DNA from: an uncultured bacterium
GTDB lineage: Bacteria; Patescibacteriota; Patescibacteriia; UBA9570; XYC2-FULL-38-9
DNA: 64,000 bases
Assembly: GCA_937996685.1 (NCBI GenBank)
Contig: CALKUP010000001.1
Span: forward strand, 181,571-245,570
Reading direction: 5' to 3'
Positions 28,924 through 42,055 of the stretch are shown here, in pieces. The notes under the pieces are model-generated. The model searched no databases and was not told the DNA's origin. It saw nothing but the letters and a program-made list of their open reading frames with translations. Numbering within the stretch: the stretch's first letter is position 1; each line of letters begins with the position of its first letter. Position numbers and translations under genes: made by a program.

Positions 28924-30108
28924 TTACCGTTTTTCTAACACAAGAATTTCACGTCCAACAATAGACTGCGGTCTGCGATAATAATATTGCGCAACGAGTT
29001 TTAAGCCTGCGCCTCGAACCAGTGATTCGATTGGCAGGTGGAGGTCATCTGATTTGCTGAAATGCCAAAAGGGAAGTGCGGCGACAATTGTGCCGTCTTG
29101 GCTGATGCTTTTTTGCAAAATACTGAATGTGTCACGATATAGTTGTTGTAATTCAGTAATCTGACGCGTTGCAGAAGCTTTGGCTGGCGTGGTTTTTCCG
29201 AGGTAGCCTTCAAATACAATGGCATCCATCGCTCCTTCAGTAACAATTTTCTTTTTCAAAATATCCCGCACATCAGAATGCATAATCGTTGCGCGTGCGA
29301 CAATAGGACTGTCTGCCTTTGCGAGTGATTCATAAAACCACGCCATATTTTCTTTCGTGTCTTCAATGGCTTTGTCGCTAATATCAGATCCGATAATTCG
29401 AGTTGCTCCGAGTAGTAGTGCTTCTTGTAAGACAGTTCCAGAGCCACAAAATGGATCAATGACGGAAACACCAGATTGCACGCCAGCGAGATTGAGCATC
29501 ATGCGAGCAAGCTTTGGTGGAAGCATTCCAGATTTATCATCCCGTGCTGGTCGTCCGTAGTCTCGTTTGCTCCAGGCTTGAAACGGTTGCACAGCGAGTG
29601 TCGCACCAAATGTCAGTTCGTGCTTGCCTTTCAAGATGACGATTTCAACACCATTTTTCAACAAGCGTTCTTTGTGCACAATAACAGAAGAGAGTGCAAC
29701 GTCGTGACTTGATACAAAGCGACAGGAAATGTTGTCGTCGCGCAATGTTTTTTTCAATGCAATGCCGAGGTTTTGCAATGTCTTGAGCGATTGCTTGACT
29801 GACACGCCAGCTTCACGAGCATACAAGGAAAAGCCAAAATGGAACTTTGAACTTTCATCAACGCGTGAAAATAAATACTCCGTGACAGTTTCTTCATCAA
29901 ATGCTCCGAGCATCTGAACGATTTTAATCGTCCCGCCGAGTAGGGTAATGAGGTGTGGTGCGTCAACAGCGTCTTGAGTAGTGAGGAGTCCAATGTTTTG
30001 TTCAAGTGTGAGCGAGTGTGCGCGGATGGACTGGGAGCGCAAAACGCGTTCGAGTTCGCCGAATGATAGTTTTGGGTGCGACCCGAAGATAAAGGCATAC
30101 GTATTCAT
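28924..30108 (-). CDS. Trm11/TrmG10-like RNA N2-guanine methyltransferase
   Basis: N-terminal RNA-binding-like region, RDYGRP, GMLPPKLARMMLNL, DPFCGSGT, GSD. Confidence 0.7.
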   Translation of the reverse strand: MNTYAFIFGSHPKLSFGELERVLRSQSIRAHSLTLEQNIGLLTTQDAVDAPHLITLLGGTIKIVQMLGAFDEETVTEYLFSRVDESSKFHFGFSLYAREAGVSVKQSLKTLQNLGIALKKTLRDDNISCRFVSSHDVALSSVIVHKERLLKNGVEIVILKGKHELTFGATLAVQPFQAWSKRDYGRPARDDKSGMLPPKLARMMLNLAGVQSGVSVIDPFCGSGTVLQEALLLGATRIIGSDISDKAIEDTKENMAWFYESLAKADSPIVARATIMHSDVRDILKKKIVTEGAMDAIVFEGYLGKTTPAKASATRQITELQQLYRDTFSILQKSISQDGTIVAALPFWHFSKSDDLHLPIESLVRGAGLKLVAQYYYRRPQSIVGREILVLEKR

Positions 30109-30165
30109 ATGAATACCCTACAGGAACATTCCATTTTCTACAATCTATGATATACTTCTTTTCAT

Positions 30166-31362
30166 ATGAGTCTATTTGGAAACGATCAAACAAAAAGTTA
30201 CGCTGGCGTTGATATTGGTAATTCAGCAGTAAAAGTCGTGGAATTACAGCCAATTCAAGGCCGTCCAAAGCTTCTGACCTACGGGTACTTGGAGCAAGAT
30301 AATGAAATTATTCGCACAGATTCGCCGGCAGCCCGCGCGAGCATTACAGCGGCACTGACGTCGGTGTTTGAAAGTAGTCATGTTCGAACACGCGAAGTTG
30401 TTGCGTCATTGCCGAGCTATGCTGTCTTTACTTCAATTATTCATCTGCCAAAAATGAATAAAAAAGAGTTAACAGAGGCTGTGCAATGGGAAGCGAAAAA
30501 GTTTGTACCATTACCACTTTCTGAAATGGTGCTCGATTGGAAAATTTTAGATGAAAATGCATTTCGTTCGAGTTATGTCAGCTCAACCGGGGATCATGCA
30601 CCGCAATCGCCAGTCGCTCCAAGTCCAATGGCTGCGGCGACAAGTGCATTGAATCGTCAGGCGGTGATTGAATCAAAAGAGCAATCATTCTATAAAATTT
30701 TATTGACTGCAGCGCCAAAAGATTTGGTGACACGGTATGTTGAAATTTTTAAAGCCGCAAAATTAAAACTGGTTGGGATTGAAACCGAAAGTTTTGCAGC
30801 AGAACGCGCGTTGATTGGCAATGATCCAAACCCGGTGATGATTATTGATATGGGTGCGGTCGCGACAAATTTTAGTATTGTGGTTGATGGTGTGCCGATT
30901 ATCCATCGTAGTATTGATATTGCCGGAAATACGATTACAAAAGCGATTGCAAATAGCATGAATCTTCCGGTTGATCAGGCAGAGCAATTCAAACGTGATT
31001 TTGGATTAACGGCGCAACCGATTCAAGGCGGGGGAGATGCGACAGGTGTTGCAGTGCCGCGACACATTGAAGCGCTGCTCGCTGCGGTGATGAACGAAAT
31101 TCAGTATGTATTGAATTTGTATCAAAGTCAGACAAACGGACCGATTGAAAAAATTGTCTTAACAGGCGGTTCATCATGGCTGCCACACATTGTTGAATAT
31201 ATGCGTGAGCGTTTACAAGCGAAGGTATTTATTGGTGATCCGTGGGCGCATATCATGTACCCAGAGCCGTTACGGGATGTATTGGTGCAAGTAGGGCCGC
31301 GTTTATCAGTGGCAATCGGTCTTGGAATGCGACCAATTGTCCCAAGTTCGACGGTGCGGTAA
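30166..31362 (+). CDS. pilM: Type IV pilus assembly protein PilM
   Basis: GVDIGNSAVKVVEL, WEAKKFVP, IIDMGA, VLTGGSS, AIGLGMR. Confidence 0.9.
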   Translation: MSLFGNDQTKSYAGVDIGNSAVKVVELQPIQGRPKLLTYGYLEQDNEIIRTDSPAARASITAALTSVFESSHVRTREVVASLPSYAVFTSIIHLPKMNKKELTEAVQWEAKKFVPLPLSEMVLDWKILDENAFRSSYVSSTGDHAPQSPVAPSPMAAATSALNRQAVIESKEQSFYKILLTAAPKDLVTRYVEIFKAAKLKLVGIETESFAAERALIGNDPNPVMIIDMGAVATNFSIVVDGVPIIHRSIDIAGNTITKAIANSMNLPVDQAEQFKRDFGLTAQPIQGGGDATGVAVPRHIEALLAAVMNEIQYVLNLYQSQTNGPIEKIVLTGGSSWLPHIVEYMRERLQAKVFIGDPWAHIMYPEPLRDVLVQVGPRLSVAIGLGMRPIVPSSTVR

Positions 31363-31422
31363 GGATTGATTAAATGGCACAATTCTTCTATACTAGGCAA
31401 TAGATTAATTATCACTGTATAT

Positions 31423-31923
31423 ATGAATAAAAAAGGCTTTACTCTCGTTGAACTACTGATTGTGATCGGCATTATCGCGCTTCTTTCTATTTTAGTGCTC
31501 GCATCATTAAACACAACGCACCAACGTTCTCGTGACACAAAACGAATCACAGACGTGAAGCAAGTGCAGCTGGCAATGGAAATGTATTGGAATGACAATG
31601 CAAATTATCCAGCAGTGACTCCTGGCCAAACAACCTGGAAATCTTTTGGGGATGAGTTGAGTTCAGGATTTGTCAGTTTTCCAGTTGATGACGTGCAAGG
31701 TCGTGTATATACATATATCGTAAACCCAGAAAATACAGACCAATATTTTTTAGCAGCAACGTTAGAAAAAAAAACGCATGAAAGTTTAGCTGCTGATGTT
31801 GACGGGTTTGTTGGAAGTAATTGGGTGATGGTCAATTCAGAAGGAAAATCAGAAACAGTCCCAGCTGGAGGTTTTGATTGTGGGGATCCTGTCTATTGCG
31901 TTGCTGGCGACGCCACAAAATAA
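31423..31923 (+). CDS. Type IV pilin/pseudopilin
   Basis: Class III signal KKG|FTLVELLIVIGII, RDTKRITDVKQ, C-terminal Cys pair. Confidence 0.9.
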   Translation: MNKKGFTLVELLIVIGIIALLSILVLASLNTTHQRSRDTKRITDVKQVQLAMEMYWNDNANYPAVTPGQTTWKSFGDELSSGFVSFPVDDVQGRVYTYIVNPENTDQYFLAATLEKKTHESLAADVDGFVGSNWVMVNSEGKSETVPAGGFDCGDPVYCVAGDATK

Positions 31924-31926
31924 GTC

Positions 31927-32760
31927 ATGACCGTGTACTTGGTATTTTTATTTGCAATTTTAGGCTCCTGTGTTGGGAGCTTTTTGAATGCGACTGCATT
32001 GCGTTGGGGAAGCGGACAGTCTGTTGTGTTTGAAAAAAATACAGATGGCAAAAGCCAAGCGGCTCGGAGTCGCTGTATGTCCTGCGGGCACGCTCTCGGT
32101 GGTTGGGAGTTGATTCCGATTGTGTCATTTGCCATGCAGCGCGGTCGTTGCAGAGTGTGTTATACGCGACTAAGTTCGCAGTATATCGTTGTCGAAATTG
32201 TCGCTGCTGTATTAGGTGCTCTGCCGTGGGTAGTACTGTGGCTTGCGTCAACGCAGGTAGGGTATCCAACTGTGTTTCCGGCAAATGAAATTCAGGCAGC
32301 GGCAATTGCAGTATTTTCATGGGTGCTCTTATTTTTATTTCTGTATGATTTGCGGTATCAAATTATTTTAGATCGCGTCAGTCTGCCCGCAATGCTCCTT
32401 GCAGTAGTGGTGAGTCTCTCTGTCTTTGGGCGCACGTGGGAGAGTATTGGACTCGGGATGTTGGTTGGTGGCGGAGTATTTTTCGTGCAATTTATTCTTT
32501 CACGAGGGAAGTGGATTGGTGGTGGAGATATTCGAATGGGTCTTTTAATGGGCGCGCTGCTCGGACTGCCGAGTACTATCGTCGCATTATTTTTGACTTA
32601 TATTATTGGCGCGATTGTAGCGGTATATTTACTCGCAACAAATCGTGCAAAACGCGACACAAAAATTGCGCTCGGAACATTCATTGCGCTCGGGACAGTG
32701 ATCTGTTTGTATGTTGGTGATGCGCTGGCGAATTGGTATCTCGGACTCTTAGGCTTGTAA
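31927..32760 (+). CDS. pilD: Prepilin peptidase/N-methyltransferase
   Basis: GSFLN, RSRCMSC, GRCRVC, YDLRYQII, IGGGD. Confidence 0.92.
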   Translation: MTVYLVFLFAILGSCVGSFLNATALRWGSGQSVVFEKNTDGKSQAARSRCMSCGHALGGWELIPIVSFAMQRGRCRVCYTRLSSQYIVVEIVAAVLGALPWVVLWLASTQVGYPTVFPANEIQAAAIAVFSWVLLFLFLYDLRYQIILDRVSLPAMLLAVVVSLSVFGRTWESIGLGMLVGGGVFFVQFILSRGKWIGGGDIRMGLLMGALLGLPSTIVALFLTYIIGAIVAVYLLATNRAKRDTKIALGTFIALGTVICLYVGDALANWYLGLLGL

Positions 32761-32780
32761 TAAACAGAGCAGCGCGCAGG

Positions 32781-35750
<2,970 letters not shown>

Positions 35751-35768
35751 TTATATAGACTGCTGCAT

Positions 35769-36743
35769 ATGGAAAGAGTACAATACGGAGCTGTTCGTGC
35801 ATCAGAGCAGGTGCAACCAGTAGAAAACAGGTCTGTGATAACACCAGATATTTTGGCGATGCTCGATCAGTTGCGTGGTTTTGAGTCTGCTGCCAAAGAT
35901 GAGTGGAGGGGTGTTGAGACGTGGGTGCAAAGTCCGTTAGATATTTTTGAAGAAGAAGTCGAAAAATTACTCATCTATCCAGACGATGTGTTTGAGTGGT
36001 TTGCGTCCGGGCGACAAGACCTGGCTCTCCCAGAAGTAAAACAGCGTTGGCAAGAGTTATTGCGCACGCGATTAACAAATCAATTACCGGCAATTATTGC
36101 ACAGCTTGAATCAGGGGTGCCTTTGAATATCACGTTCGAGAAATTATTTGATATTTTTAACCCCACATTTTTATTTCAAAGTATTTGTCGTATCCTCTTA
36201 AAAGAGCGCGGGGGGGAATTGCTTGATATTGAAAGTTTGCGTGTTCGAGAGTTGCCGGCGGATCAATTGTCTGTTGAACAAAAAGCTGAAATGACTGCAA
36301 TTGTTTCGGAAAATTATCGACAACTATCCGGTCTCGCTGATGACTTTCGTCGTCAATTGGAGAGTGGCACTCCAGATGCAACGGTATACCATCTCCTTGA
36401 CCGACGAGTGAACCGGGATCTTTCTGCAGAAGTGCCGCAGATTGATCATGAAGTTATTGGATTTGTGCGTGTCGGGCAGCAAGAGCGCGGTTTTTATATT
36501 AGCGGCTTTCATATGCAGCCAGAACTGCAAGCAAGCGGCATTGGTGTATTGTTGATTGAGTCGGTCATTTCTCAATATCAAAAAGAAGGTGATTTATATG
36601 CACTTGCGGAAGCTGGTAGTCCAGCGTTGAATTTTTATCTGAATGTTCTCGGCGCGCAAGAGGTGCGACGAATTGAAAATACCGATCCAACACGCAGTGG
36701 AGGTGTTGAGGTTGAGATTATGCTTCCGCAAAAAAGAGCATAA
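35769..36743 (+). CDS. Hypothetical protein with a C-terminal GNAT acetyltransferase domain
   Basis: IGFVR, FHMQPELQASGIG (Q/RxxGxG-like), ALNFY. Confidence 0.6.
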   Translation: MERVQYGAVRASEQVQPVENRSVITPDILAMLDQLRGFESAAKDEWRGVETWVQSPLDIFEEEVEKLLIYPDDVFEWFASGRQDLALPEVKQRWQELLRTRLTNQLPAIIAQLESGVPLNITFEKLFDIFNPTFLFQSICRILLKERGGELLDIESLRVRELPADQLSVEQKAEMTAIVSENYRQLSGLADDFRRQLESGTPDATVYHLLDRRVNRDLSAEVPQIDHEVIGFVRVGQQERGFYISGFHMQPELQASGIGVLLIESVISQYQKEGDLYALAEAGSPALNFYLNVLGAQEVRRIENTDPTRSGGVEVEIMLPQKRA

Positions 36744-36752
36744 GCCTTCGCG

Positions 36753-37517
36753 TTATCGAGTCGGCAGCGTTGCTTTTGCCCACAACTCTTCAAAGAGTTG
36801 TTTTTGAAATTTTGCGTATACCGGCTGTGTAATTAACCAGCCGTAGATTTGTGTTTCATTCGCGACAATTGTTGAAACAGTGTCGTTGTATATTTCAGTT
36901 GCAAGACTGGTTTTGAATTGCGAGCTAATGAATCGAATATTTGTTAGGTTAGGATCGACAGATGCTGCGTATTCTCGGGCTGCTTTCGAGTGAGGGAGGA
37001 GCATACGTTTTTGAATGCCGGATTGTAAGCGCGCCGTAACATAGTCTGCATTGATTGCTTTGGCATATCGCTCAACAGCATCGTGATCTGTAATGGTTAA
37101 GATTTCCTCTGTTGCTTTTAACGAATCAGCAAGGAGTTCGGTGATTTCAGCTTCACCTTCAAAAAATTGCACACCCGGTCCATGGTGGAGGAGGTTATAC
37201 GCATTTGTTGATTCTCGAATATATAATTGCAAGCGTTCAATGGAGTCGGCGGTCTCTTGTTTTTTGTGTGCAATGATTTGCTCTAATTGTTTTGGGTGGG
37301 CGAGTGAGATTTTGGCAACGCGTCCAATCCGTTGTTCTGTAATAATCCCACGTGTGCGCAATTGTTTCACCGCAGACGAAACTGTCGCTCTACTAAAGCC
37401 GGTATGTCCAATTAATTCAGTAATTGATACGTCGCCTTGTGTCAGCAAGGTTTCAAAAATCTGCTGCATGCTTGCATCAAGCCCAAATTCACTGAAAATT
37501 GCGTTTGTTTTTTCCAT
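36753..37517 (-). CDS. TrmB-family transcriptional regulator
   Basis: N-terminal wHTH (FGLD...GFSRATV...LRTRGII), VQFFEG linker, EIYNDTV, FEELW. Confidence 0.85.
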   Translation of the reverse strand: MEKTNAIFSEFGLDASMQQIFETLLTQGDVSITELIGHTGFSRATVSSAVKQLRTRGIITEQRIGRVAKISLAHPKQLEQIIAHKKQETADSIERLQLYIRESTNAYNLLHHGPGVQFFEGEAEITELLADSLKATEEILTITDHDAVERYAKAINADYVTARLQSGIQKRMLLPHSKAAREYAASVDPNLTNIRFISSQFKTSLATEIYNDTVSTIVANETQIYGWLITQPVYAKFQKQLFEELWAKATLPTR

Positions 37518-37639
37518 ATAGAGCTAGTATAGACAAAATAGTATTACATGTCAATACATAAATAGACATATTTGTGTATATCTTTATAGCTAATATTAGA
37601 TATTTTATTGTATTTATAAAAAACATGCATATAGATACA

Positions 37640-37668
37640 TTGACATTTCATGAAAAAATAAGTATCAT
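37640..37668 (+). promoter_or_regulatory. Sigma70 promoter for the NrN-like gene
   Basis: TTGACA-17-TATCAT; followed by boxA-like GCACCTTTTACAAC (37694-37707). Confidence 0.7.
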
Positions 37669-37961
37669 ACTTCGTCATACCTTTGGGTGTGATGCACCTT
37701 TTACAACAAAACATGTTGATTCAGGAATTGAGCGCAAAACAGTGTGTTTTGTATTCACTTCCTGAATCAACAAGGAATTCGGCTGAAGCAGGCATATTCA
37801 TACAAAGAAGATAGCGCAGGCAAAAATGCCAGAAGTCGCGACCCTTCAACAGAGATGCACGAAACCGTGTGTCGTATGAATGCTTCAAATAGATGTCCAG
37901 CGGGTTTGCTGGGTGTCTATTGCTGAATGGTCTATCAAAGACCAAAAAAATGGAGTTTCCC

Positions 37962-38828
37962 ATGACTGACATCAAGACCGTGACTCCTGCCACCACCATC
38001 TTCGTTCTCGGGGGTGAGGACGGGGAGATGCGTGCGATTCGCGCTCTCCTCCAGCGGTTTGGATACCGCTGGGTGCAGCCCAACCAGGCGTGGGGTGACC
38101 ACGCCTTCACGCCCGCGCAGTGCGGGCTCAAGGTCGAGTCAAAGGAGTTGTCCCGGCAAGGGCACTCCTACCGGGCCGATCAGATCGACGGCCTTCACCA
38201 GGCTGTCTTCGTTGAGTGCCGCGCTAGCGAGAGCGGCTGGCCGACGGACGGCTGGAGGTCTGTGGTCATCGACCATCACGGCTCCCGCTCGGGAGAGGTG
38301 GCCAGCATCCAGCAGGTCATTGATCTGCTCGGGTTGTGGCCCAGGCTCTCCTCGGCCACCCAGCGCTGGGCGGAGCTGATCGCGGTCAACGACTCGGGGT
38401 GGATCCCTGGGTTGCAGGCCTGGGGTGCCACGCTCGAGGAGATCGAGCGCGTCCGCGGGTTCGACCGAGCCGCGCAGGGCATCACGCCCGTCCACGAGAC
38501 AGAGGTCGAGCGGGCGCTCACCGCGCCAGAGGAGTTGATCGGCGCCATCCGCATTGTCCGGATGAGTCACTCGAAGACCTCTCCGCTCGGGGACAGACTG
38601 GCCCTCACCGCAATGCGCGAGGGACGGGAGGCTCCCTCCTACCTCGCGCTCTCCGGCGATGGGGAGGTGAACTTCTCTGGCGACGGCGCTCTCGCCGCCG
38701 CGCTCGCCACTCGGTTCCAGGGCTGGAGCGGCGGCTCCGGCCTCGGCAAAGCCGGGGAGAAGGCCTTCTGGGGAGGGTATCCCTCCCACGAGGAGGTGCT
38801 TGCGTTCATTCGCGAGCACACCGCTTGA
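37962..38828 (+). CDS. DHH-family phosphodiesterase resembling type III CRISPR NrN (GC-rich)
   Basis: FVLGGEDGEM, IDHH, ASIQQV, IAVNDSGWIPG, GATLEEIERVRGFDRAAQGIT, SPLGDRL, FWGG; GGAG SD before ATG 37962. Confidence 0.7.
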   Translation: MTDIKTVTPATTIFVLGGEDGEMRAIRALLQRFGYRWVQPNQAWGDHAFTPAQCGLKVESKELSRQGHSYRADQIDGLHQAVFVECRASESGWPTDGWRSVVIDHHGSRSGEVASIQQVIDLLGLWPRLSSATQRWAELIAVNDSGWIPGLQAWGATLEEIERVRGFDRAAQGITPVHETEVERALTAPEELIGAIRIVRMSHSKTSPLGDRLALTAMREGREAPSYLALSGDGEVNFSGDGALAAALATRFQGWSGGSGLGKAGEKAFWGGYPSHEEVLAFIREHTA

Positions 38829-39079
38829 TTCCCGGCCCCGAGACGGGCTGAAGTAACGCGTCACCTGACGCAACAACGGTCCGTCCCACCTGAGCACACT
38901 TTCTGTAAAAAGATTGTTGTGCTCGGACCGTTTCTTGAGCAGATAACAGCTGTTGTGTCTTCAAGAAACGTGAATCATGTCTAGCGTTTAGTAGACAAAA
39001 AGTCTTGTGGTGTAGAGATATGGCAGGATATAATTCTTCCATGACTAATAAAGCGGCATACATATAATCGATACAATAT

Positions 39080-39433
39080 ATGACTGAAAAAAGTACGAAA
39101 CAACAACCGATGATGAGTCCAGAAGAAAGACGATTATTACGAGAGCAGCTAAAGCGTGATAATGATTTTCATGAAGAACAAATTCTTGGATATGAAACAC
39201 AACTTGGAGCAATGCGCCGAACATCCCCGGCTCCAACGGAGACATCTACGCTTATAAGCGATCCTGAAAATAAGCAGCATCATATCTATATTCACGGACT
39301 TGATGCAGCAGGTCCGGCTGGTCCGGTTGTTGAACAAACAGCTGAAGAACTGACAGATGAACAGCGTGCATCCATTGCAGAAAGTGAAGCAAGGAGTGCT
39401 GCAAGAAAGCGGTTCTACGGTTCAGGTCGGTAA
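39080..39433 (+). CDS. Hypothetical protein (117 aa, charged)
   Basis: Clean ORF after a TATAAT-containing promoter-like region. Confidence 0.6.
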   Translation: MTEKSTKQQPMMSPEERRLLREQLKRDNDFHEEQILGYETQLGAMRRTSPAPTETSTLISDPENKQHHIYIHGLDAAGPAGPVVEQTAEELTDEQRASIAESEARSAARKRFYGSGR

Positions 39434-39484
39434 TGTTTTTATATATGAAATATAATGAAATTTTCAAAAATATAGTACACGCAT

Positions 39485-41995
39485 ATGGGAGAAAGAAATG
39501 ATCAAAATTTTCGTACGCCGAGTCGTAATGAAATTGAAGCTGAGCCAAATGTTGGTGAATGTATTTTGAATATTGCATTAACACACTCTGGTGATATTCG
39601 AACTTCTGCGGTGACGCCAATTCCAGGGAATACAAAACCGTATGTCATCGCGGCGCGTCAGCATGAAAAGTTAAAGACGTATTTACGCTCTGTGAAGGAC
39701 GTAGAGGCTCAGCAATTTCGGTGTCGTGTTGTTCCTGAACATCCAAGCATTGCTCGATTGCTTCAGCGTGCATGTCTAGTGGAAATAGTTGAAACAATGC
39801 CGCAGCGTGAGTGGAGTATTCAGATGATCAATGCAAAGCCAGCGCTCGTAGCAATTCGAGGAGGAGTTGTCGAAAAAATCATACATGCTGCGGGTTATAA
39901 GAGTAACCCTGGTTTAAGTGTGCAAGATACAAAGCAATTTACAGAATGGGGCTTTGGTGATATCGCGCAGCGGTTTAATGGTTTATGTGAAGAGCATTTT
40001 GAAGAAAAAGCATTGACGTTTGAGGCGCAAGTAGCTGAATGGCGAGAGCTTGTTGTTCATGCAATAGAAAGATTGCCGAAAGGCAGTGGTAGTATTCAAG
40101 ATATTACTATCCCAATTCCAGGTGGAAGAGTTGAAGTGTATTTAAGTCCTGAGGGAGTATATGATAAAGGTGATGTTTTATATGTTGGAGAATATGGAAG
40201 CATTCAAAGTTCAAAATATTTTTCATTCAACCCTCCTATTCCATTGAATGAGGTGCCTGTTGATGTGGCTTCTCCACGAGCCTTCATTGATCAAATGACG
40301 CGTGCTGGATTTGATGCGCCGACAGTGAGTGATATTGATAATGCGAAATATGGAACAATAACAATTCAATGGAAAGGTCCCGATGAACGTAAGAGTATAA
40401 ATAAAACCTTTTCTTGTGAGGTTTTACAAAACGAAGGTTTGTTGCGTACAAGTGATCTATCAGTTCATTCGAATGGCGCTGGTCAACCACCGGTGATCGG
40501 TTTTTCATTGACGATTGACTTTGGATCAGTAGCGCAAATGCGGCCAGAAACTACATGGATTGCAGTTGGGACAATGCCACGTATTTGTTTGCCTGAGCAA
40601 GCACGCATATTTCAGTTACCCTCTATTCAAAAGGGATATATTTATAATCATAAATTTCCAGAACAAGCGGCGATTGCGCGTAAGCGTATTGAAGCGGCTA
40701 TTGAAGATTCGGCATTCATTGAGCGATTTACGCAATCTTTGGATCGACATGCAAATCCTGTTATTGCACAATATGTCTTGATTAAAAAAATTATTGAAGC
40801 GCAAGATCTACGCCAGATAGAACAAAGAACTGTTCGAGAGATGGGATCGGCATCAAGGGACGGGTATCATAGACCACAGGAGTCTTTGGTTAATAAGAAA
40901 TTCATCGGGAAATCTAACATCGTATTTGATGAGAAATATCCTGATCCGTGGGAAGGTTCAAATGCGCATTTACGAAGCATGACGCAGAAAAATCTAGAAA
41001 CACAAAAAGCTGATATCCATTCTTTTTTTGAGACACTGCAGTCAAAAGGGCTTCTTTTTGCTGCACAAGGATCTGGTACTTCAGTTGATGACAAGCTTAT
41101 GATCGAGTATCAGCCCCCCGTCGCTGTTTCTATGGAGAATAGTGAGTACTTACGAAGCGAGTCAGTGATTGGTTCAATTATCGATGTTTTGCGTAAAAGA
41201 GAGCAGAGGATCACAACCGCTCTTCGACTACTTGAAGAAAGCGCTCCTGCGTCTGCATTTGAAGTACTGCAAGAAGGCGGGCCATTAGACAATGATCCGC
41301 TTATGATGTCGACTGAACCGGCTTTGCCTCCTGTAAAAAAAGACCGACCTTCTGTTAATGTCAGTGCGTTAGAAGCGGTGTTTGGGAAGGTGTCACCTTC
41401 TCCTCAAAAACCACAGCCAACAACGCCCACACGACCGACTGAAAAGCGCCCGGAACCTGCGAAAGCGCACATTGAAAAAGTAGAGCCAGCTACAGAAGAA
41501 CAACGCAAGCTGATTCAGAGAAGTGCGCAATATGTCCGAAGTCTCCTTGGAATTGGCCGGTCATTTGGAGCGCCAAGTGCTGACGCAGCGCGACCATCAG
41601 CGCGTGACAGAGCGCTGAGTAATATTGAACGGGTGGCGATCGCAGCAAAAACAGCGTTGAAAGAAATTGACGATTTGATCAAAGCACCGAATGCGCGATA
41701 TGACAGCTTGCAAGGAAAGGTGGCTGCAGTCAAACTAAAAGTAGAAAATGTATTACTTGATAATGCACCAATTCTTGATAAGGGTCTCACGCCTGTCGCA
41801 TTGTCTGCATATGAGGCTATTTGGACAAGTGCTCCTGATGCTATTGATCAAAATGATGACGCTACATATTATATTACTGAAGGCCTGACAACAAAAGAGG
41901 TGATACTCAAGGCGTTGCGAGATGGGGTATTGGACGCTGCAAAACACGGTCTTTCAATTGAGCAGTTGTTGTCGCAAATTATCAGTCAACTCTAA
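39485..41995 (+). CDS. Large hypothetical protein (836 aa) with a Pro-rich linker
   Basis: Long uninterrupted ORF; no recognisable domain. Confidence 0.75.
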   Translation: MGERNDQNFRTPSRNEIEAEPNVGECILNIALTHSGDIRTSAVTPIPGNTKPYVIAARQHEKLKTYLRSVKDVEAQQFRCRVVPEHPSIARLLQRACLVEIVETMPQREWSIQMINAKPALVAIRGGVVEKIIHAAGYKSNPGLSVQDTKQFTEWGFGDIAQRFNGLCEEHFEEKALTFEAQVAEWRELVVHAIERLPKGSGSIQDITIPIPGGRVEVYLSPEGVYDKGDVLYVGEYGSIQSSKYFSFNPPIPLNEVPVDVASPRAFIDQMTRAGFDAPTVSDIDNAKYGTITIQWKGPDERKSINKTFSCEVLQNEGLLRTSDLSVHSNGAGQPPVIGFSLTIDFGSVAQMRPETTWIAVGTMPRICLPEQARIFQLPSIQKGYIYNHKFPEQAAIARKRIEAAIEDSAFIERFTQSLDRHANPVIAQYVLIKKIIEAQDLRQIEQRTVREMGSASRDGYHRPQESLVNKKFIGKSNIVFDEKYPDPWEGSNAHLRSMTQKNLETQKADIHSFFETLQSKGLLFAAQGSGTSVDDKLMIEYQPPVAVSMENSEYLRSESVIGSIIDVLRKREQRITTALRLLEESAPASAFEVLQEGGPLDNDPLMMSTEPALPPVKKDRPSVNVSALEAVFGKVSPSPQKPQPTTPTRPTEKRPEPAKAHIEKVEPATEEQRKLIQRSAQYVRSLLGIGRSFGAPSADAARPSARDRALSNIERVAIAAKTALKEIDDLIKAPNARYDSLQGKVAAVKLKVENVLLDNAPILDKGLTPVALSAYEAIWTSAPDAIDQNDDATYYITEGLTTKEVILKALRDGVLDAAKHGLSIEQLLSQIISQL

Positions 41996-42055
41996 AAATC
42001 AGCAGAGGAGTAAGGCGCTTGCTCCAGTAGTAAAAAATTGGTAGTCTGGAATAGT

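Noticed and set aside
37692-37814. 40-codon ORF in the NrN-like gene leader as another attenuator peptide
   Set aside because: No amino-acid run and no U-tailed terminator following it; likely chance
38014-38897. Alternative-frame and antisense ORFs over the NrN-like gene (and similar ones at 18920-19498, 19732-20341, 45993-46656, 48683-49213, 55247-55837)
   Set aside because: Expected shadows of GC-rich coding sequence; no SD or family motifs
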